Source: an uncultured Bacilli bacterium
GTDB lineage: Bacteria; Bacillota_I; Bacilli_A; RF39; UBA660
Reading direction: 5' to 3'
NCBI GenBank assembly: GCA_934096815.1
Contig: CAKOMY010000002.1
Span: 9,546-73,545 of the forward strand
Length of the DNA: 64,000 bases
Shown here in pieces: positions 47,604-58,006 of this stretch. Numbering within the stretch: the first letter of the stretch is position 1; each line of letters starts with the position of its first letter. The notes under the pieces are model-generated. The model had not been told where the DNA came from. It was given only the letters and a program-made list of their open reading frames with translations, and ran no database searches. The position numbers and the translations under genes were made by a program.

Positions 47604-48728
47604 GTGTTATTTTTTATTGGAATTATTTTAGGATTGCTAAATTTAATAGATTTTGGAACATTTGGATTAGGAGAATTTTTCTTAATAATTATTTTATTCT
47701 TTTCGAATTTTATGAAAAAAGGAAATAATAAAACAAATTATATTATTTATTTAAAAAATAATTTTAATTCTGAATTGTTTAAAATTGGTTTATTTATTAT
47801 ATTTTTAATTGGTTATTTCTTTTGGACAAATATTAGTAAAAGTTTTGTAATTAAAGATGTTGTCAAATGGCTGACTATTTTTACAGAAATGTTTTTAATA
47901 AATAAATCGTTAAATAACAATAAAAAAATTATTGATTTGTTAATTTCTTTTATGTTGTTTTCTAAGCTATCAGAATATCATACTTTTAATACAATATATT
48001 CTTTACATTATTTTTTTATTATACCAATTTTTAATTTACTATATATAAAAAATAAAAGTAACAATTATAAATACTTGTTATATCTAATATGTTTGATATA
48101 TTTTTTTATTGGAAAATCAAGATCAGCATTAATATTATTAATGATTTATATAGCATACGAATGGGCTAATTTTGTTCTAATAAATTTGATAAGCAAAAAA
48201 TTTAATAATAAAATAAAAGCTTTGGGGGTAATTTTCCTATTTATAGTTGGTTCTATATTTTCAATACAATACATTAAAAGTAATACTTCTTTATCAACCG
48301 AATCAAATAATGAGAGAAGAATTTTAATACAAATTGTTTTTGAAGAATTTAAAACACATCCCATATTAGGAGTAGGGCCAATTAACTTTAATAATTATGC
48401 TCAAAATACCTTAGGATATAGATTGCGTAATAACCAATTAACGCCGCATAATTTATATTTAGAAATATTATCTGAAAATGGTATAATAGGTTTTATGTTA
48501 TTTTTAAATATATTAAGTATTCTTTTTAGAATTATAAAAAAACAAAATTTAGATTTCTCTGTTAAGTTTTCAGCATTATACATTTTAGTATATTATATGT
48601 TTTCAACTTTTACAGGAACAAATAGAATAGTCTTTACTATTTTATTTGCTGTAGTATCTTATGAATATTATAGAATGATTGGAGCGGAGCATTATGAACA
48701 AAATATCAGTGATTGTACCTATATATAA
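47604..48728 (+). CDS. Wzy-type polymerase / O-antigen ligase family membrane protein
   Basis: About 10 TM segments; central periplasmic-loop region with basic residues (NNERRILIQIVFEEF...GVGPINF) typical of Wzy_C. Confidence 0.5.
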   Translation: MLFFIGIILGLLNLIDFGTFGLGEFFLIIILFFSNFMKKGNNKTNYIIYLKNNFNSELFKIGLFIIFLIGYFFWTNISKSFVIKDVVKWLTIFTEMFLINKSLNNNKKIIDLLISFMLFSKLSEYHTFNTIYSLHYFFIIPIFNLLYIKNKSNNYKYLLYLICLIYFFIGKSRSALILLMIYIAYEWANFVLINLISKKFNNKIKALGVIFLFIVGSIFSIQYIKSNTSLSTESNNERRILIQIVFEEFKTHPILGVGPINFNNYAQNTLGYRLRNNQLTPHNLYLEILSENGIIGFMLFLNILSILFRIIKKQNLDFSVKFSALYILVYYMFSTFTGTNRIVFTILFAVVSYEYYRMIGAEHYEQNISDCTYI

Positions 48729-49665
48729 TTCTGAAAAGTATTTAAGAAAATGTTTAGATTCAGTTATAAATCAAACATACAAGAACTTAGAAATTATTTT
48801 AATAAATGATGGTTCTAATGATAGTTCTAGAAATATATGTGAAGCATATGAAAAAAAGGATAATAGAATTGTATTAATAAACCAAGAAAATAGTGGACCA
48901 GCAAAAACTAGAAATTATGGTTTAAAGCTTGCAACAGGGGAATTTATTGCCTTTATTGATTCTGATGATTTTATTGATGAAAAAATGTTTGAAAAATTAA
49001 TTTCCCACATTATCGTTGATAATTCTGATATTGCGATTTGTAAGCATGTTGAAGTTATAAATAATGCAATAATTCATATGAATTATAAACATTTATCCCC
49101 AATTATATCAAATGAAGATATAATTAAATTATTTTTAAAAGGTGATACGATTAATGCTTATTTGTGGAATAAATTGTACCGAAAAGAGTTGTTTAAAAAT
49201 TTAGAATTTAATGAAATAAAGATGTTGGAAGATTTAGATATTATGTATAAGCTTTTACGTAAAAGTCAAAAAATTTCGTTTGTAAATGAAGAATTATATT
49301 ATTATAAATGTGATAATAATAACAGTTTAAGTAAAAAATGTAGTACCCAGATGATAAATGATTATTGTTATGCGATTAATGAAATGTATAAAGAATTAAG
49401 CAAAATTCCGAATATTGAAAGTGAAATTAATTTTAATAAGGTAATTATGTATACTCCACTTTTTTCTAATATTGCTCAATCTAAATATTATAATAATGAT
49501 ACCAAATTTAATAACTTATATTTTGATTTTAAATTATCTTTTAAATATATTATATCGCATAAAATGCTTAAAGACTTGAATACAAAACAAATAAGTAAAG
49601 GATTATTATTATTTTGCAACAAAAAGTTTTTTTACAATATTTATAGAAAGAAGATGAGAAAATGA
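48694..49665 (+). CDS. GT2 family glycosyltransferase
   Basis: ISVIVPIYNSEKYLRKCLDSVINQTY...LINDGSND...FIDSDD (DxD) signature; ATG 48694 with GGAGCGGAG RBS (track TTG 48679). Confidence 0.7.
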   Translation: MNKISVIVPIYNSEKYLRKCLDSVINQTYKNLEIILINDGSNDSSRNICEAYEKKDNRIVLINQENSGPAKTRNYGLKLATGEFIAFIDSDDFIDEKMFEKLISHIIVDNSDIAICKHVEVINNAIIHMNYKHLSPIISNEDIIKLFLKGDTINAYLWNKLYRKELFKNLEFNEIKMLEDLDIMYKLLRKSQKISFVNEELYYYKCDNNNSLSKKCSTQMINDYCYAINEMYKELSKIPNIESEINFNKVIMYTPLFSNIAQSKYYNNDTKFNNLYFDFKLSFKYIISHKMLKDLNTKQISKGLLLFCNKKFFYNIYRKKMRK

Positions 49666-50426
49666 AAAATTTAATTTATGTTGTTACGCATAAAAAGTTT
49701 AATTATAAATTGAAAGATAACTATGTTCCTATTCAAGTAGGGAAATCGAACAGTAGAAATGATCTACCTTATATTTCAGATGATACAGGTGATAATATTT
49801 CATTAAAAAATGCAAATTATTGTGAATTAACCGCAATTTATTGGATTTGGAAAAATGTGGTTAACTGTGATTACATAGGAATTGTTCATTATAGGAGATA
49901 TTTTGTATATGGAGTTGATTCTAAATTGGTTGATGATTATTATATTAATAAATATTTAAAAAAATACGATGTAATTTTACCATATGAGTATAAAACTGAA
50001 TCAACTGTTTATAATCATTTCATCAATAGCACAAGTGGAAGAGAAAAAGATTTAAAAAATTTAAAAGTAATAATTAGCGATAAATATCCCGAATATATTA
50101 ATGATTATGATTATATTATGAATTCAAAAAAAACATCTTATTGTAATATGGCAATCATGTCTAAAAGTAATTACAATAAATACTGTGAGTGGCTATTTGA
50201 TATATTATTTTCTTTAGAAAAAATAACGGATTTATCAGGTTACACGAAACAAGAGCAAAGATTATATGGGTTTCTTTCTGAATTTTTATTAAATGTATGG
50301 ATAAGACATAACGGGTTAAAAATTAAGTATTGCAGTATGTATTATATAGAAGATAACAAATTTAAAAATATATTAAAAAAAATTAAATTGGGATTAAGAA
50401 GTTTTATAAAAAATAAAGGAGAATAA
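49662..50426 (+). CDS. DUF4422 domain protein (glycosyltransferase-like, polysaccharide loci)
   Basis: IYVVTHK...YVPIQVG...DDTGDNISLKNANYCELTAIYWIWKN...YIGIVHYRRYF matches the DUF4422 consensus pattern. Confidence 0.55.
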   Translation: MKNLIYVVTHKKFNYKLKDNYVPIQVGKSNSRNDLPYISDDTGDNISLKNANYCELTAIYWIWKNVVNCDYIGIVHYRRYFVYGVDSKLVDDYYINKYLKKYDVILPYEYKTESTVYNHFINSTSGREKDLKNLKVIISDKYPEYINDYDYIMNSKKTSYCNMAIMSKSNYNKYCEWLFDILFSLEKITDLSGYTKQEQRLYGFLSEFLLNVWIRHNGLKIKYCSMYYIEDNKFKNILKKIKLGLRSFIKNKGE

Positions 50427-50432
50427 TTAATT

Positions 50433-51560
50433 ATGAAAAAATATGACTATGTCATTGTTGGAGCTGGATTATTTGGAACAACATTTGCAAATTTGGCAAA
50501 ACGTGATGGAAAAAAGGTAATAGTTATCGAAAAAAGATCTCATGTAGCTGGCAATATTTATACAGAATATGTACAGGGAATACAAGTTCATAGATATGGA
50601 GCTCACATATTTCACACTGATTATAAAGATGTCTGGGATTATGTCAATTCTTTTATTGAATTTAATAGATATACTAATTCCCCAATGGCTAGAATTAATA
50701 ATGAAATATATAATTTACCATTTAATATGAATACATTTTCAAAAATATGGACAGATGTATTTACTCCAGATGATGCCCTAAAACACATTGAATTTGAAAA
50801 AAAGGAAATGGCTGGAAAAGAGCCATCAAATTTAGAAGAACAGGCTATTAGCTTGGTTGGAAGAACAATTTATGAAAAATTGATAAAAGGCTATACAGAA
50901 AAACAATGGAATAGAAAATGTACAGACTTACCTGCATTTATTATTAAAAGATTACCTGTAAGACTTACTTATGATAATAATTATTTTAATGATAAATATC
51001 AAGGTATTCCTGTAGGTGGGTACACTAAATTAATTGAAAATATGTTAAGTGGGATTGAAGTAAAATTAAATACTGATTATTTTTCAAATGTAGATTATTA
51101 TAAATCAATATCTGAAAAAATTGTTTATACTGGTCCGATTGATGAATTCTTTAATTATTCATTAGGAAATTTGGGTTGGAGGTCTTTGAGATTTGAAACA
51201 AAAATATTAAATATGTCAAATTTTCAAGGTAATGCGGTTATTAATTATACTGGGCATGAAGTGGAATATACTAGAATAATAGAACATAAACATTTTGAAT
51301 TTGATATCACTAGTACAAAAACCATTATTACGTATGAATATCCCGCTGATTATGAGCAAGGAATGGAAAAATATTATACATTAAACGATGATGATAACAA
51401 TAAAATTGCGGAAAAATATCGTGAATTGGCAATGAAAGAAGAAAATGTTATATTTGGTGGTAGATTAGCTGAGTATAAATATTATGATATGGATGATGTC
51501 ATTAAGTCAGCATTTGAAAAATATAAAAATGAACAGATTTCGAGAGTGAATTTAAAATGA
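50433..51560 (+). CDS. glf: UDP-galactopyranose mutase
   Basis: MKKYDYVIVGAGLFG FAD-binding N-terminus plus conserved Glf blocks (HRYGAHIFHT, YTEKQW, EYPADY). Confidence 0.85.
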   Translation: MKKYDYVIVGAGLFGTTFANLAKRDGKKVIVIEKRSHVAGNIYTEYVQGIQVHRYGAHIFHTDYKDVWDYVNSFIEFNRYTNSPMARINNEIYNLPFNMNTFSKIWTDVFTPDDALKHIEFEKKEMAGKEPSNLEEQAISLVGRTIYEKLIKGYTEKQWNRKCTDLPAFIIKRLPVRLTYDNNYFNDKYQGIPVGGYTKLIENMLSGIEVKLNTDYFSNVDYYKSISEKIVYTGPIDEFFNYSLGNLGWRSLRFETKILNMSNFQGNAVINYTGHEVEYTRIIEHKHFEFDITSTKTIITYEYPADYEQGMEKYYTLNDDDNNKIAEKYRELAMKEENVIFGGRLAEYKYYDMDDVIKSAFEKYKNEQISRVNLK

Positions 51561-52633
51561 AAAAAATTGGAATTTTAACAATAAATGATGATGGAAATTA
51601 TGGAAATCGATTACAAAATTATGCTGTTCAACATGTATTAGAGAAAAAAGGTTTTGAAGTAAATACAATTAGTAATCAAAAAAAAAGTCATAGTATAATA
51701 TTTTTTTTCAAAAATTTAATCAAATCAATAATGCCAAACAATAAAGGCACCAGGTATAGAAATTTTGTTAAATTTAATAAATATATCAAGTATTCTAAAA
51801 TACATATTGATGAAAATCATATTCCAAAAAAATTAAATAAATTATATGATTGTTTTTTTTCAGGTTCTGACCAAGTTTGGAATCCTACATTTGGAAGAAT
51901 GTCTGACATTGATTTTTTAACTTTTGCCGACGAAAATAAAAGATGTTCTTTTTCTGCAAGTTTTGGTATAACAAAAATACCAGAAGAAAAAAAAGAATAC
52001 TATAGAGATAGACTAGAAAAATTTAAATGCATTTCAGTTCGTGAAGATGTCGGTAAAAAGATAGTTGAAGATTTAATAGGTAGAAAAGATGTTGTTACTT
52101 TGGCTGACCCAACTATGTTGCTATCTAGTGAAGAATGGGATAATTTAAGCAAAATGCCAAAACAAATTGAAAAATTAAAAATAAAAAAATATATATTAAA
52201 TTATTTTTTAGGTAATTTATCAGATAAAAGATATAAAGAAATAGAAAAAATAGCTAAAAAAAATAAATGTGAAATAATAAATTTGCTTGATAAAAATGAT
52301 CCTTTTTATATATCAGGGCCAAGTGAATTCTTATGGCTTGAGAAAAATGCTTTTTTAATATGTACTGATTCTTTTCATTCAAGTGTATTTGCCATTATTT
52401 ATAATAGACCATTCGTTATATTTGATAGAGAAGATCAAGAACAAAATATGAGTTCGAGATTAGAAACTTTAATAAGTAAATTTCATTTAAAAGATAGAAA
52501 ATATAATGAAAAAAGTATTACTGATAATAATTTGAATCATGATTATAGTGATGCATATAAAATATTAGAAAAAGAAAAAGAAAAAAGCAATGTTTTTTTA
52601 AGAAAAGCTTTAAATATAAAGGAAGGTGAATAA
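51557..52633 (+). CDS. Polysaccharide pyruvyl transferase family protein
   Basis: MKKIGILTINDDGNYGNRLQNYAVQHVL N-terminal pattern of the CsaB/WcaK-type pyruvyl transferases. Confidence 0.5.
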   Translation: MKKIGILTINDDGNYGNRLQNYAVQHVLEKKGFEVNTISNQKKSHSIIFFFKNLIKSIMPNNKGTRYRNFVKFNKYIKYSKIHIDENHIPKKLNKLYDCFFSGSDQVWNPTFGRMSDIDFLTFADENKRCSFSASFGITKIPEEKKEYYRDRLEKFKCISVREDVGKKIVEDLIGRKDVVTLADPTMLLSSEEWDNLSKMPKQIEKLKIKKYILNYFLGNLSDKRYKEIEKIAKKNKCEIINLLDKNDPFYISGPSEFLWLEKNAFLICTDSFHSSVFAIIYNRPFVIFDREDQEQNMSSRLETLISKFHLKDRKYNEKSITDNNLNHDYSDAYKILEKEKEKSNVFLRKALNIKEGE

Positions 52634-54167
52634 TATGAATGATAGTAAAAATCGTAAAATTGGCGCATTTTTATCTTATTTATCTATAATTGCTACAACA
52701 TTAATTTCTTTAGTTTATACTCCTTTTTTGATTAAAATGTTAGGTTCAAGTGAATATGGTTTGTTTTCTCTTGTTAACTCAATAATAGGCTATTTGACGT
52801 TATTGGATTTAGGTTTTGGAAATGCAATAATTGTATATACATCTAAATATAGAGCACAAAAAAAATATGCAGAAGAAAAAAAATTACACGGAATGTTTTT
52901 TATTATATTTGTGATTATAGGATTTTTAGCTGGGATTGGTGGATTAATATTATATTTTAATGTTGACAAATTATTTGGAGCTACTATGAGTAGCCTAGAA
53001 CTACAAAAAGCAAAAATAATGATGTTAATATTAACATTTAATTTAGTAGTAACATTTGCATTTAACATATATGGGTGTATATTAAATGCTTACGAAAAAT
53101 TTGTATATCAAAAAGTACTAAGTATTATCAATACTATATTGAGACCTCTCATAATGATTCCGTTATTGTTTTTGGGCTATAAATCTATTACTATGGTGAT
53201 AGTAATTACTATATTAAATATTTTAACACTATTATCTAATTATATTTATTGTCAAAAAAAATTACACATAAAAATAAAATACATGGGTTTTGATAAAATA
53301 CTATTTAAAACTATATTAGGATATTCTATATGGATATTCTTAGGTGTTATTGCAGATAAGATTAATTGGTCTGTTGATCAATTTGTATTAGGTGCTGTTT
53401 CTGGAACGATTGCTGTTTCAATATATTCTGTTGCTAGTAATTTAAACTCTTTATTTATTAATTTATCTACTGCTATCAGTGGGGTTCTTTTACCAAAAAT
53501 GTCTAAAATGGTTGCCCAAAAAGCGAGCAATATTGAAATTACAAATGAATTTATCAAGGTTGGTAGAATACAATATTTGATTATATTTTTAATGGCATCA
53601 GGGTTTGTTCTGTTTGGGAAAGAATTTATTATCGCATGGGTAGGAGAAGAATATATTATATCATATTATGTTGCATTATTATTAATTTTACCAATGTGTA
53701 TTCCTTTGATTCAAAACTTAGGATTAAGCATAATGCAAGCTATGAATAAATTTAAATTTAGAACAATATCAATGGCTATTATGTCTATATTTAATATAAT
53801 ATTAAGTGTTTTTCTAGCAAAATTATATGGTCCAATAGGAAGTGCAATAGGTACTACAATCAGCTTATTTATTGTAAATATTTTAATAATAAACATTTAT
53901 TATTACAGAGTTATTAAAATTGATATTCCAAAATTTTGGAACAATATAATTGAAATGACTGTTCCTAGTATAATTCCTATATTGATAATTTTGATGTTAG
54001 AATATTTTATACATTTAAAAGGGTTTTTTAACGTAATTATATTTGGCGGAATCTACACAATTATGTACGTTTGTATTTGTTATTTTATTACTATGAATGA
54101 TTATGAAAAAGAAATAGTAAATAAAATAATTAAAAAAATTCCTGTATTGAAAAAGATGGCTAATTAG
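52626..54167 (+). CDS. Wzx-type oligosaccharide flippase (MOP superfamily)
   Basis: 513 aa, about 14 TM segments, polysaccharide biosynthesis protein architecture; last gene of the locus. Confidence 0.65.
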   Translation: MNNMNDSKNRKIGAFLSYLSIIATTLISLVYTPFLIKMLGSSEYGLFSLVNSIIGYLTLLDLGFGNAIIVYTSKYRAQKKYAEEKKLHGMFFIIFVIIGFLAGIGGLILYFNVDKLFGATMSSLELQKAKIMMLILTFNLVVTFAFNIYGCILNAYEKFVYQKVLSIINTILRPLIMIPLLFLGYKSITMVIVITILNILTLLSNYIYCQKKLHIKIKYMGFDKILFKTILGYSIWIFLGVIADKINWSVDQFVLGAVSGTIAVSIYSVASNLNSLFINLSTAISGVLLPKMSKMVAQKASNIEITNEFIKVGRIQYLIIFLMASGFVLFGKEFIIAWVGEEYIISYYVALLLILPMCIPLIQNLGLSIMQAMNKFKFRTISMAIMSIFNIILSVFLAKLYGPIGSAIGTTISLFIVNILIINIYYYRVIKIDIPKFWNNIIEMTVPSIIPILIILMLEYFIHLKGFFNVIIFGGIYTIMYVCICYFITMNDYEKEIVNKIIKKIPVLKKMAN

Positions 54168-54333
54168 ATGATTCCTTACTTAATTCCAAGAAATCATTAT
54201 TAATATCTTGTCATACCAGTTATTTAAGATATCATCAAAAGCTAGTAAAAAAATTGAATGGATTTTATATCATAATACAAAAAATATATAATTATAATAG
54301 AATATCTTATTTCTTAGTTCGAATAAGAATAGA

Positions 54334-54853
54334 AATTTAGAAATAATGCATTTATCAAGAAAAATTATTTAGTTAATTATATAAGAAATTGTGCTGTACA
54401 TAATAAATTTAATGAAGATGAATTAATAAATAAGTTTAATGAATATGGTATTAAGTTAGTTATTGAAGATGACTTACCTAGTTCAAAAATAAGAGGAGCA
54501 TTTAAAGTTTATAAAAATATTCCTAGTATTTATATTACTCATAAACATCAAAGAATTGCTGATATATATTTTACTTTATTACATGAACTATCTCATTGTA
54601 AAAGTGATTTTAATAAGGCAAAGGCAACTAATATAGTTATATATAATGATGAAGAGGTAGCAGATAAACAAGCATTAAATTGGATGGTAGATGATATATA
54701 TTATAATAAAGTTTTATTAGATAAAAATTATGATATTAATAAAGAAGAAAATTATCCTAAATGTTTTATTGCTTATCGTTTAGCCATGGATAATAATATT
54801 AAATATTCTAGTAAAATTTATCAAGAAAATAATCCATTAATTTCATCAATATA
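54334..54853 (+). pseudogene. ImmA/IrrE-family metallopeptidase gene fragment lacking an ATG start
   Basis: Open frame with no ATG before the internal Met codon of NWMV; encodes ...YFTLLHELSHCKSD (HEXXH) ...EVADKQALNWMV; missed by the ORF track. Confidence 0.5.
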
Positions 54854-55379
54854 GTTAGGTGAAATGATTATTTAATAGTATGAATTTAATTAATTATTTT
54901 GGAACTTTGAACTAATCAGAGTTCTTTTATAATGTATTAAAAAATGTTTTCTATATAAAATATTTTAAAGAGAGAGGTAATAAATAAAATATATGGAAAA
55001 TATAGATAAATAAAGAGAAAAATTGGTGGTAGTTGATGAAACTATTCACATTACTTAAGTTAGGATATGGTTATTATAATGAAATTATTAAAAGTAGTAG
55101 CAAATAATTTTAAACTATGTGAAAAAAATTTTACTATTTCTTTTATTCCTATAGCTAATAAAACAGAGGAAGATAAAGAATTTGAATTACAAAAATAGAT
55201 GAATAGTTATATAAATTTAATACTCTTGGTATTATAGGTAAGAGATATACTACAGATTTAGTTAAAAATGATAATTTTGTTAATAATAATCTAGTGTTTT
55301 TTTAAATCAAAAATTATATAAAAGAGAATATAAAAAAACTCATATTACAGAATTATTTAATTATTATAAGTATGAAGAA

Positions 55380-55817
55380 GTTTTATTAAATATTTTTTTA
55401 CCAGCGGACACATCAATTTTATATGTAATACTTAAAAATATAATGACTAGAGGAATGTGTGATGCTATAAAAGGTTTTGGTTTATTTATGTTTGTTGCAT
55501 ATTTATTAAAAACTGGTACTGACTTAATAATTGATGAAATAGAAAATCATTTTTATAAAGTTTTAATTAATTTATATAAGGATAAATAAGTTAATAAAAA
55601 TAAAGTGACTTTAATTTTTACAACTCATTATTGTGAAATATTGGATTTATTTAATAGAGGCGATAATATTCATATAAGTAAATTTCAAAATGAAAATAAT
55701 TTAGAAAATATGTATGAGAAGTATAAATTTTATAATAATGAATTTAACGCTAATGTAAGTTATGAAGCATTAATGAATTTTAAAAAGGAATTAATGATAA
55801 TTTATTATTTTAAATAG
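55380..55817 (+). pseudogene. Remnant of an AAA_21-type ATPase gene (paralog-like of 41718..42962)
   Basis: ...TDLIIDEIENHF (Walker B) then a stop, then in another frame TLIFTTHYCEILDLF (H-loop region); flanking DNA is full of stops. Confidence 0.4.
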
Positions 55818-55920
55818 TTATAACGTATATATGGGTGTAAGTTTTAATGAATTCATTGATGGATATTATGTTTAATTAATAAAATGTTATCATCTAAAGA
55901 CAGAAAATTTATTCTATCTT

Positions 55921-56180
55921 TTTTATTTTCTCCAAATTTCAAATTTAAATAAGCCTTAATATCCTCAAGTAAGTGTACAACTTTAATAAAATAACAAGTA
56001 AATTAGGTTACCTTTTACAATATATATTATAGAAACACCAAGTAAGGTGTTTTTAGTACGTACGAAAAAATATATATGGAAGGAGAAAAAATTATGTTTA
56101 ATTTAAAATTAATTTTAAAGTATTTAGCTAAAATATTAATATTTTATATTTAATGAAAAATGCGGAAAAAAAAGTCGTAA
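55921..56180 (+). repeat. Conserved leader region of the Rpn-family unit, copy A (with 19-aa mini-ORF 56094..56153)
   Basis: About 85-90% identical to 57226..57479 (offset 1300 bp); contains the hairpin aacacc-aagtaa-ggtgtt plus T run, a GTACGTAC palindrome, a GGAAGGAGA RBS and the ORF MFNLKLILKYLAKILIFYI. Confidence 0.6.
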
Positions 56181-56181
56181 G

Positions 56182-57216
56182 TTGAAAACGTATTTTAATG
56201 ATAAAACAGTTTATGCTACTAGAATTAATGAAATTAAAAATGGTCTTATTATAAAACCATCAGGTGAAATAATTAAGAAAAAGAATTTCCAAATACCGTT
56301 TATAGAAGATAGAGCCTTTAAACATTTATGTAAGTTAGATTCTAACATTATAATTAATTTATTAACTATAACATCTAAATATGCAAATATAACTTTAGAA
56401 CAATTAGATTTTACTGACACTACATTACCTAATTTAAAATTTAATGATAAAAAGATGACAACGGATACATTATTTAAATTTGCTAATAATACATATGTAA
56501 ATATAGAAGTAAATACAAGTTTAAATAAAAGTACTTTAATAAAAAATATCCAATATATTTATAGATTAATATTAAGTCAAGAAAAAATTGGTGAAGAATT
56601 AAATTCGGTAAATGTAATTCAAGTTAATATCGATTTATATTCAAGAAAATTTATGGGAGGAATAATAAATGTATATAATTTGAAGAATAATTTAAATGGA
56701 GGTATACATCCAGAAGCATTTACTATAATTCATATAGGACTTGATAAATTATTTGAAAATCCGTATAATGAGGATATAGATGACTGGACAAGGCGTTTTT
56801 TAAATATGCTAGTATCGATAGATGTAAAATATACGGAAGAATTAGCAGGAGATTATAAAGATTTAAAGGAGGTTGCCAAAATTATGAAAGAATATTCAGA
56901 AGATACATCTAATTTAATATATTATAATAAAAAAGCAATGGAAGAAAGTATGAGAAAAACTGATCTTAAATTTGCTAAAGAAGAAGGTATATCTGAAGGA
57001 TATAATGAAGGTCATGCAGAAGGTTTTAATGAGGGATATACTAAAGGAATTACAGAAGGTATAAATCGAGGTATTAAACAAGGTATAAATCAAGGAGAAA
57101 TAAAAAAATCATTAGAGATAGCAAAAAAATTGTTAGAAAATGATATGTTAATTGAAGATATATCAAAAATAACTGAATTAAGTAAAGAAGAAATATTAAA
57201 GTTACAAGATAACTAA
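56182..57216 (+). CDS. Rpn (YhgA-like, PF04754 Transposase_31) family recombination-promoting nuclease
   Basis: TTG start; N-terminal ...DRAFKHLCKLDSNIIINLL; C-terminal repeat EGISEGYNEGHAEGFNEGYTKGITEGINRGIKQGINQGE followed by ...IEDISKITELSKEEILKL, characteristic of the family. Confidence 0.55.
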   Translation: MKTYFNDKTVYATRINEIKNGLIIKPSGEIIKKKNFQIPFIEDRAFKHLCKLDSNIIINLLTITSKYANITLEQLDFTDTTLPNLKFNDKKMTTDTLFKFANNTYVNIEVNTSLNKSTLIKNIQYIYRLILSQEKIGEELNSVNVIQVNIDLYSRKFMGGIINVYNLKNNLNGGIHPEAFTIIHIGLDKLFENPYNEDIDDWTRRFLNMLVSIDVKYTEELAGDYKDLKEVAKIMKEYSEDTSNLIYYNKKAMEESMRKTDLKFAKEEGISEGYNEGHAEGFNEGYTKGITEGINRGIKQGINQGEIKKSLEIAKKLLENDMLIEDISKITELSKEEILKLQDN

Positions 57217-57225
57217 TAATATTTC

Positions 57226-57479
57226 TTTTTTTATTTTATCTAATTTTAAATAAGTCCTAATAGCCTCAAGTAAGTGTACAACTTTAATAAAATAACAAGT
57301 AAATTAAGTTATTCTTTACAATATATATTATAGAAGCACCAAGTGAGGTGTTTTTAGTACGTACGAAAAATATTAAGGAAAGGAGAAAAATATGTTTAGT
57401 TTAAAATTTATATTAAAAAAATTTGCACAATTCTTATTGTTATTTCTTTAATTGATATAATAGAAAGGAAAGTGATAAT
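57226..57479 (+). repeat. Conserved leader region of the Rpn-family unit, copy B (mini-ORF 57392..57451)
   Basis: Same hairpin, palindrome, RBS and 19-aa ORF MFSLKFILKKFAQFLLLFL as copy A. Confidence 0.6.
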
Positions 57480-57872
57480 ATGAAAATATCTTTAAATGAA
57501 ATATCAAAAGAAAATGATGCAAAAGAAATTCAAATTTATTTTGATATGTATTCAAAACCTTATATGGGAGGAATAATTAATAGATACACATACAAAAATT
57601 CTTTAAATAATAAAGAACTTCCAAATATGCCAGTAATAATTCGTATCGGACTAGATAAATTATTTGAAAATCCGTATAATGAGGATATAGATGACTGGAC
57701 AAGGCGTTTTTTAAATATGCTAGTATCAATAGATGTAAAATACACAGAAGAACTAGCTGGCGATTATGAAGATTTAAAGGAAGTTGCTAAAATTATGAGA
57801 GAATACTCAGAAGATCCTGAAAATATAAAACATTATTATGAAGAAGTAATTAAATCTAAAAATAATAATTAA
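57480..57872 (+). pseudogene. Truncated Rpn-family paralog (central segment only)
   Basis: 130-aa ORF whose residues 60-120 are about 95% identical in DNA to 56730..56920 of the full gene; lacks the N-terminal nuclease region and the C-terminal repeat region. Confidence 0.5.
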
Positions 57873-58006
57873 ATAAAGAATACTTAAGTGGGAATATTAT
57901 ATTTGAATTAATGAAGATAATATTCCCGCCTAAAAGTATTAAATATAAATATACAATTTATCAATAATTTGGTATATTTTTATTATGAAAGTAGTGAGAA
58001 TAAAAA

